Below, piece after piece: positions 58,148 to 64,000 of a stretch of 64,000 nt of DNA (position 1 is the stretch's first letter; each line of letters opens with the position of its first letter). The stretch is taken from the NCBI GenBank assembly GCA_017459425.1, contig JAFUCZ010000034.1:3117-67116 (forward strand), written 5' to 3'. Origin of the DNA: Bacilli bacterium. Lineage in GTDB: Bacteria; Bacillota_I; Bacilli_A; RF39; UBA660. A program made the position numbers and the translations under genes. A model generated the notes under the pieces. The model had not been told where the DNA came from. It saw only the letters and a program-made list of their open reading frames with translations, and made no database searches.

Positions 58148-58984
58148 TTATTTTGAATTTTTTAAATTATAACTTTTTAATGTATTTTTAAGTAACATTG
58201 TAACTGTCATTGGTCCTACTCCACCAGGAACTGGTGTTATTAAAGATGCTTTTTTACTTACATTATCAAAATCAACATCACCGCAAAGACCACTATTTAT
58301 AGTATTTATTCCAACATCTATTACAACTGCGCCTTCTTTTACATAATCTTTAGTTATAAACTTAGGATTACCCATAGCTGCTACTAAAATATCAGCTTGT
58401 AAAGTCATCTTCTTTAGATCAGATGTTTTAGTATGACAAACAGTTACGGTAGCATTTTCATTTAAAAATAAATGCATTAAAGGCTTGCCTACTAAATTAC
58501 TTCTTCCAACAATAACAACATTTTTACCTTCAATTTTAACTTCACTTCTTTTTAAAAGTTCAATTATACCAAGTGGTGTACAAGAAGTAAGTGGATCTTT
58601 ATTTGTGACAAGTCTTCCGATGTTTCTGTCTGTAAGTCCATCTACATCTTTGCTAGGTAAAATTAAATTAATTAATTTTTTTTCGTTAAATTTATCTGGT
58701 AAAGGTAATTGAATCATTATGCCATCTACATATTCATCATTGTTTAGTTCTTTTATTTTATTAACAATTTCTCTTTCGTCTGCTGTTTCATCATAGTGAT
58801 ATAAATTGAAATTAATACCAACTTCAAGTGCGGCTTTTTGCTTTGCAGATACGTATTTATTACTATCTTCTCTATTGCCAATTTGTATTACACTAAGTCC
58901 TGGTTTAATAAAACAATTTTTTACTTCTGCTTTTAATTCTGCTTTTATTTCTTCACTTATTTTTTTTCCATCAATTATTTTCAT
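58148..58984 (-). CDS. folD: bifunctional methylenetetrahydrofolate dehydrogenase/cyclohydrolase
   Basis: YVSAKQKA, GRSNLVGKP, PVPGGVGPMT. Confidence 0.95.
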   Translation of the reverse strand: MKIIDGKKISEEIKAELKAEVKNCFIKPGLSVIQIGNREDSNKYVSAKQKAALEVGINFNLYHYDETADEREIVNKIKELNNDEYVDGIMIQLPLPDKFNEKKLINLILPSKDVDGLTDRNIGRLVTNKDPLTSCTPLGIIELLKRSEVKIEGKNVVIVGRSNLVGKPLMHLFLNENATVTVCHTKTSDLKKMTLQADILVAAMGNPKFITKDYVKEGAVVIDVGINTINSGLCGDVDFDNVSKKASLITPVPGGVGPMTVTMLLKNTLKSYNLKNSK

Positions 58985-58993
58985 ATTACACCT

Positions 58994-60211
58994 CTATATA
59001 GGAAATTCTTGAGTTAAAAATTTTACTTCTTCCTTTAATCTTTCCATTAATTCAATATTGTCACTTTTTTTAAGTGCTGAACAAATTATTTCACCAACTT
59101 TAATAAATTCGTTTTCTTTAAAACCACGTGTTGTCATAGCGGGAGTTCCTATTCTAATTCCACTTGCTACATTTGGCTTTAAAGTATCATAAGGAATTGT
59201 ATTTTTGTTTACAGTTATATTTATACTATCTAGTATACTTTCAGCTTCAGCTCCTGTTACACCAAATGTTGAATAAACATCAATTAAAATTAAATGATTA
59301 TCACTGCCACCAGATATTATTTTTACGTTGTTTTTTTTAAAAGTTAATTCTAAAGCTTTACAATTAAGCAATACTTGTTTTTGATAAGTCTTAAACTCTG
59401 GTTTTAATGCTTCATAAAAACATTGAGCTTTTGCTGCAATAACATGCATTAAAGGACCACCTTGAATACCTGGAAAAACTTCTTTATCTATTTTTTTTGA
59501 TATTTCATAATCATTAGTCATAATAATACCACCACGTGGACCTCTTAATGTTTTATGAGTAGTACTAGTTACAACATCAGCGTATGGTATAGGTGATGGA
59601 TGTAACCCAGCTGCTACAAGACCTGCAATATGTGCCATATCAACCATTAAATATGCATCTATACTATCAGCTATTTCTCTAAATCTTTTAAAATCAATAA
59701 TTCTTGAGTAAGCACTTGCTCCTGCAATTATTAGTTTAGGTTTTAATGATGAAGCAATATACTCAATTTCATCATAATCAATTTTTTGTGTATCTTTATC
59801 TACTTTGTAATTTATTATTTCATAATCTTTACCACTAAAACTTGCGAAATGACCATGAGTTAAATGCCCTCCATGACTTAATTCCATGCTAAGTATTTTA
59901 TCGCCATTATTTAATAAAGCTCTAAGTACTGCCATATTCGCACTACTACCAGAATGTGGTTGAACATTTACAAATGATACATCGAATAATTCTTTTGCAA
60001 GTTTTATTGCTTCTTCTTCAACAATATCAACATTTTCACATCCTCCATAATAACGTTTTTTAGGATATCCTTCTGCATATTTATTTGTAAATACGCTGCC
60101 TTGAAGTTTTAAAATATCTTTAGAAACATAATTTTCAGATGCTATTAATTCAATATTATGAAGTTGTCTTTTTTCTTCTCTAATTAAGGCATCAAATAAA
60201 ATATCATCCAT
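58994..60211 (-). CDS. glyA: serine hydroxymethyltransferase
   Basis: ELIASENY, and the PLP lysine in [14 protein letters not shown]. Start trimmed to ATG 60211 (AGGAAGG RBS). Confidence 0.96.
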   Translation of the reverse strand: MDDILFDALIREEKRQLHNIELIASENYVSKDILKLQGSVFTNKYAEGYPKKRYYGGCENVDIVEEEAIKLAKELFDVSFVNVQPHSGSSANMAVLRALLNNGDKILSMELSHGGHLTHGHFASFSGKDYEIINYKVDKDTQKIDYDEIEYIASSLKPKLIIAGASAYSRIIDFKRFREIADSIDAYLMVDMAHIAGLVAAGLHPSPIPYADVVTSTTHKTLRGPRGGIIMTNDYEISKKIDKEVFPGIQGGPLMHVIAAKAQCFYEALKPEFKTYQKQVLLNCKALELTFKKNNVKIISGGSDNHLILIDVYSTFGVTGAEAESILDSINITVNKNTIPYDTLKPNVASGIRIGTPAMTTRGFKENEFIKVGEIICSALKKSDNIELMERLKEEVKFLTQEFPI

Positions 60212-60261
60212 AATATCATACCTTCCTAACCTCATTATATATCATATTAATCTAAAATAGA

Positions 60262-60467
60262 CAAAAAAACAAAAAAATATACATTTCATTTACAGAAATG
60301 CATAAAAAATGTCTAGAGATATCTTAACGATAAAAACCTGATCTTCCAGGTGGGCATCACATGATAGACTTAAGGATCCTAAATAAATTAGTATTCAACA
60401 CCGCCTATCAATTAGATTCCCAATCGTTATAATTAGTAGGTTTTTCTTAATTGATATCCTCTAGACA
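60262..60467 (-). ncRNA. structured RNA with its own promoter and terminators, 6S RNA-like
   Basis: Extended -10 TGATATAAT at 60481-60473. The predicted +1 sits at the 5' arm of a long interrupted closing helix: GTCTAGAGGATATC with GATATCTCTAGAC, TTAA/TTAA, AAAAACCT/AGGTTTTT. There is a large internal bubble, then a U-run, then a second hairpin terminator at 60303-60279. Confidence 0.5.
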
Positions 60468-60533
60468 CTTATATTATATCATATTTTTTTAAAATTATGC
60501 ATAATTTTAAAAATAATTATAAAACTTTACACA

Positions 60534-61838
60534 TTATGGATTTAATCTATTAGGTCCTCTAAATATAAACATTGATTCTTTAATAGTTGCTAGATTAAGA
60601 AGTAACATAGTAAATCTATCTATTCCAATACCAAATCCACCATGTGGAGGACATCCGTATTTAAAGAATTGTAAATAGAATTCTACATCTTTATCTAAGC
60701 CTTTTTCTTTTGCTTGTTCTTTCAAAATATCAAATCTATGTTCTCTTTGTGCACCAGTTGTAATTTCAACACCTCTAAATATTAAATCATATCCTTGTGG
60801 TATTCCATCTTTTCTCATATGGTAGAACGCTCTTTTTTCACTAGGAAAATCAGTTACAAATAAAAATTCACTATTGTATTCTTCCATCGAATATTTATAA
60901 GATAATTTTTCAGCTTCACGTGTTAAATCGTTTTTTTCTTCATCATCAACTTTATAACCATATCTTTTTTCAAGTTCATCATATAAATCATTTAATTTTA
61001 TTCTTGGAAATTTAGTTGGTAATGATATAGTACTACCATACATATCAGATAAAATTTTAGAATGTTTTTCATTTATTTTATTCAATGAATATTTAATCAT
61101 ATTTTCTTCTAAATCCATTACATCTTCGTAAGAGTTTATATAACTAAATTCAACATCAAATCCTGTGAATTCTGTTGTATGACGATTAGTATTAGAATTT
61201 TCTGCTCTAAATACTGGTCCTACTTCAAATATTTTTTCAAAGCCTGATGACATTGCCATTTGTTTGTAAAACTGTGGTGATTGAGCAAGATAAGCTAATC
61301 TATCAAAATATTTTACTTCAAATACTTCGCTACCAGATTCACTTGCTGTACCTATAAGTTTAGGAGTATGAATTTCTAAGAAATCTAAGCTATATAAATA
61401 TTCTCTAAAGTATTTTACAATATCACTTTGAATTATAAATATATTCTTATTAAAATCATTTCTTAAATCTAAAAATCTATAATCAAGTCTTGTATCTATT
61501 TCTTGAGCATCTTTATCTTTAATATTAATTGGTAGTTCATTTAATGAGATTGACGTTACAATTATATCTTCTGGTATTATTTCCATTCCATTTAATTTTA
61601 CTTTAGAATTTTCTTTTACAATCCCTTTTATTTTGACAGTACTTCCAATAGATAAATTATTTACTATTTCAACTAATTTTGAATTACTTTCATCACTTTT
61701 TTCAATAGTTACTTGCACACTACCTGTAATATCTTTAATAATTAAAAATTGAACCCATTGTAAATTTCTGACATTATCAACAAATCCATTAATTTCAATT
61801 TGTTTATCAAAATTATCCTTTAAATCTTTTATTTTCAT
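60534..61838 (-). CDS. aspS: aspartate--tRNA ligase, short archaeal/type-2 form (434 aa)
   Basis: Class IIb motifs AQSPQFYKQ, FRAENSNTNRH and GGFGIGIDR. Follows hisS by 2 nt under an Asp-specifier T-box. Confidence 0.8.
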   Translation of the reverse strand: MKIKDLKDNFDKQIEINGFVDNVRNLQWVQFLIIKDITGSVQVTIEKSDESNSKLVEIVNNLSIGSTVKIKGIVKENSKVKLNGMEIIPEDIIVTSISLNELPINIKDKDAQEIDTRLDYRFLDLRNDFNKNIFIIQSDIVKYFREYLYSLDFLEIHTPKLIGTASESGSEVFEVKYFDRLAYLAQSPQFYKQMAMSSGFEKIFEVGPVFRAENSNTNRHTTEFTGFDVEFSYINSYEDVMDLEENMIKYSLNKINEKHSKILSDMYGSTISLPTKFPRIKLNDLYDELEKRYGYKVDDEEKNDLTREAEKLSYKYSMEEYNSEFLFVTDFPSEKRAFYHMRKDGIPQGYDLIFRGVEITTGAQREHRFDILKEQAKEKGLDKDVEFYLQFFKYGCPPHGGFGIGIDRFTMLLLNLATIKESMFIFRGPNRLNP

Positions 61839-61840
61839 AT

Positions 61841-63112
61841 TTATTCTCCTTCTATATTAGAGTCCAAAAAATAAATTAAGTTTTCATTTTCAACTTTATA
61901 TTCTTCATGAGTTTCATTATTTTTTAAAGTTAAAACTCCACTATTAATTTCTTCTTCTCCAATAATCATAACAAATTTAGGATTTATTTTTTCTAAAGTT
62001 TTTAAATTGTTTTTTAAATTTCTACCTAGAAAATCCATATCAACATTAAATCCATTCATTCTAAGAACATTTAAATATTTTACAGCTTTTGTTTTTGCTT
62101 CTTCACAAATAGGTATTATGAATACATCTAAATTTATTTTTTCTGATATATCGATATTTTCATATTCTAGCGCTGTAAAAAGTCTTTCTAATCCAAGTGC
62201 GAATCCAACACCAGGTATTTCTGGCCCATCAAGAGTTTTTACTAAATCATTGTATCTTCCGCCGCCGCATAAAACGTTTTGAGACCCAAATCCTTCAACT
62301 TTAGCTTCTACTTCAAATACAGTATGTGTGTAATAATCAAGTCCTCTTACAATAGATTCATCTACTACATAGTTAATTCCCATTGAATCTAAATATTTTT
62401 TTACGTTTTCAAAATGATTCTTTGATTCTTCATTTAAATACTCACTTATTTTAGGCGCTGATTTGATACATGAGTGATCACAATCTACTTTACAGTCTAA
62501 AATTCTAAGTGGATTTTTTAAGAATCTATTGTTGCAGTCATCACATAATTCACTTAAATAAGGTTTAAAATGTTTTTTTAATGCTTCTCTATAATTATTT
62601 CTAGATTCTATGTCACCTAATGTATTTATATGAACAGTAATTTCTTTTAAACCAAGTAATTTAAACAGATTTACTGGAATACTTATTACTTCAGCATCCA
62701 TCATAGGATCACTTGAACCAAATGCTTCAACACCAAATTGGTAAAACTCTCTATATCTTCCTTTTTGTGGACGTTCGTATCTATACATTGGTCCATAATA
62801 CCAAAATTTATTTAATAAACTATTTGAATACATTTTATTTTCGATAAAACTTCTAACAACTCCAGCAGTACCTTCAGGTCTAAGAGTTAGATTTCGATCT
62901 CCTTTATCTTTGAAATCATATGTTTCTTTTGTAACAATGTCACTTGTTTCTCCTACTCCTCTATGAAATAAATCACTAGATTCAAATAAAGGTGTTCTAA
63001 TGTATTCATAGTTATATTTTTCCATTAAACTATTTATTAATTTTTCAAAATATTTAATTTTTTTACTATAATCTCCATAAACATCATATGTTCCTTTTGG
63101 TTTTTGTATCAT
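61841..63112 (-). CDS. hisS: histidine--tRNA ligase
   Basis: MIQKPKGTYD, RPEGTAGVVR, YRYERPQKGRYREFYQFGVE, GGGRYD. Confidence 0.96.
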   Translation of the reverse strand: MIQKPKGTYDVYGDYSKKIKYFEKLINSLMEKYNYEYIRTPLFESSDLFHRGVGETSDIVTKETYDFKDKGDRNLTLRPEGTAGVVRSFIENKMYSNSLLNKFWYYGPMYRYERPQKGRYREFYQFGVEAFGSSDPMMDAEVISIPVNLFKLLGLKEITVHINTLGDIESRNNYREALKKHFKPYLSELCDDCNNRFLKNPLRILDCKVDCDHSCIKSAPKISEYLNEESKNHFENVKKYLDSMGINYVVDESIVRGLDYYTHTVFEVEAKVEGFGSQNVLCGGGRYNDLVKTLDGPEIPGVGFALGLERLFTALEYENIDISEKINLDVFIIPICEEAKTKAVKYLNVLRMNGFNVDMDFLGRNLKNNLKTLEKINPKFVMIIGEEEINSGVLTLKNNETHEEYKVENENLIYFLDSNIEGE

Positions 63113-63131
63113 ATAATCACTCCTATCATTT

Positions 63132-63332
63132 AAAATAAAAACGTCCTATAGTATAAGGACGAATAATCGTGGTGCCACCTTAATTCCACATAAGTGCTTT
63201 AAACATTTAACGCATGCGTACGATTACCACAAGATTTAGTGTCTTTCTATAAGTAGTTTTTAGTGTTTTCACCAACCACACTTTCTCTTAAAAAAACTTA
63301 CTTAAATACTTTTCTAAATCAGCAATTAATAT
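63132..63332 (-). promoter_or_regulatory. T-box riboswitch leader (specifier GAC, Asp)
   Basis: Stem I has an AGAGA bulge, a distal loop GGTTGGTGAAA, and a specifier loop ATAGAAAGACA closed by GATTTAG/CTAAATC. The T-box sequence is AATTAAGGTGGCACCACG (63185-63168). The terminator is CGTCCTTATACTATAGGACG followed by TTTTT. Confidence 0.9.
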
Positions 63333-63338
63333 ATGTAT

Positions 63339-63367
63339 AGTATATTATTTTTTTAATATTTAGTCAA
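63339..63367 (-). promoter_or_regulatory. promoter of the hisS-aspS operon
   Basis: TTGACT, 17 nt spacer, TATACT. Confidence 0.65.
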
Positions 63368-63373
63368 TATTGT

Positions 63374-64000
63374 TTAATTTTTACTTTCTTTTTTATCTTG
63401 AAATTCTTCTATTTTATCAAGAATTTCTACTTTATAAAAGTTATAAGTTGCAATAATCATTATAGCAAGTGGTAAAGATAATACAATACCTTTTATTCCA
63501 AATAAAACCCCTCCAACAAATACACTTGATATTACTATTAATGGATGAACTTTATTTGTTTTACCATATACAGTAGGATTTATTACATACCCATCAACTG
63601 ATGATAAAACTATAAATGTAATTACAGTTCTAATAAATAAGCCTGGGCTAATTACAAAAGCAGTAATAGACGCTATAATATTTGTAAAAATACCTCCAAA
63701 ATAAGGAATAAGTGTTCCAACAGTTGCAATAAGGCCTAGTAACATTGCATTTGGATGACCAATTATTGTAAACGCTAAAGTATACTCAAATAATGTTATA
63801 ATTATTACTTTAACATATCCATTTAGATACTTTTTCATTTCATGATCAAGTGTTTTTACATAATTAAAAGTACGTTTGTTTTTTCTTTTTAAATACATTT
63901 TAACTTCATATCTAATTTTTTCCATATCTATCAAAAAGTATATCATTACGGAAAATGAAATAAGAATAACAGAAAATAACCCAAGAGATGCACCAATAGC
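63374..64000 (-). CDS. AI-2E family (PerM-like) transporter, 5' end beyond window
   Basis: The frame stays open past the track ATG at 63946 to the window edge. The polytopic C-terminal half has G-rich TM spans typical of the family. Confidence 0.65.
   Translation of the reverse strand, partial: AIGASLGLFSVILISFSVMIYFLIDMEKIRYEVKMYLKRKNKRTFNYVKTLDHEMKKYLNGYVKVIIITLFEYTLAFTIIGHPNAMLLGLIATVGTLIPYFGGIFTNIIASITAFVISPGLFIRTVITFIVLSSVDGYVINPTVYGKTNKVHPLIVISSVFVGGVLFGIKGIVLSLPLAIMIIATYNFYKVEILDKIEEFQDKKESKN

Noticed and set aside
60348-60360. T-box-like string AGGTGGGCATCAC on the plus strand between glyA and aspS.
   Set aside because: It is on the wrong strand (no downstream plus-strand gene) and departs from the GGTGG[CT]ACC[AG]CG core. 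It is better explained as part of the minus-strand structured RNA.
60262-60467. Known riboswitch classes upstream of glyA (glycine, THF, ZTP/pfl, lysine, c-di-AMP).
   Set aside because: I could not find the conserved cores of any of them as I remember them. For example, there is no ZTP GGGTCGTGA...CCGCCTGGGC, no glycine CACCGAAGGGGCAA, and no THF signature. This needs a covariance-model search to be definitive.
60486-60513. 28-nt perfect AT-only palindrome (TTTTTAAAATTATGCATAATTTTAAAAA) downstream of aspS, considered as the aspS terminator.
   Set aside because: No U-tract follows the stem on the minus strand once the flanking runs are paired. It overlaps the -35 region of the 6S-like promoter, so an operator or a simple AT palindrome is equally possible. 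It is left uncalled.

Overview
Very AT-rich Bacillota-type chromosomal segment using the standard genetic code: TGA acts as a stop in several ATGA gene overlaps and Trp is TGG. spoIVB and spoIIM homologues suggest an endospore-forming lineage. Product names come from motif recognition by eye, with no database search.

Content: most of the window is housekeeping.
- Housekeeping genes: mutS, pyrG, holA, rarA, a Xer recombinase, mnmA, xseAB, nusB, folD, glyA, aspS and hisS.
- Three tRNAs: Thr-CGU, Arg-CCU and Met/CAU.
- A 15.4 kb Wzx/Wzy-type capsule/EPS locus on the minus strand (32941-48378).

Main observations:
1. A near-canonical 28-bp XerCD dif site at 29735-29762 sits exactly where gene orientation flips from mostly plus to mostly minus, so the window probably spans the replication terminus.
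2. A tRNA-Thr-adjacent islet (1154-4134) holds small paralogous cassette-like ORFs with repeated modules and no recognisable function.
3. A type I toxin-antitoxin-like locus (a 27-aa hydrophobic peptide with a convergent antisense unit) lies next to tRNA-Met.
4. A promoter-to-terminator structured RNA of about 165 nt lies between aspS and glyA. It looks like 6S RNA and matches Bacillus synteny as I recall it.
5. A T-box leader with an Asp (GAC) specifier inside a GACAC pentamer precedes a hisS plus short archaeal-type aspS operon.
6. A P-type ATPase homologue has every catalytic motif mutated and is translationally coupled to a glucosaminidase-like protein.
7. A MurB-like reductase is coupled to a pyruvyl transferase inside the capsule locus.

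No CRISPR array, rRNA, transposase or phage integrase was seen.
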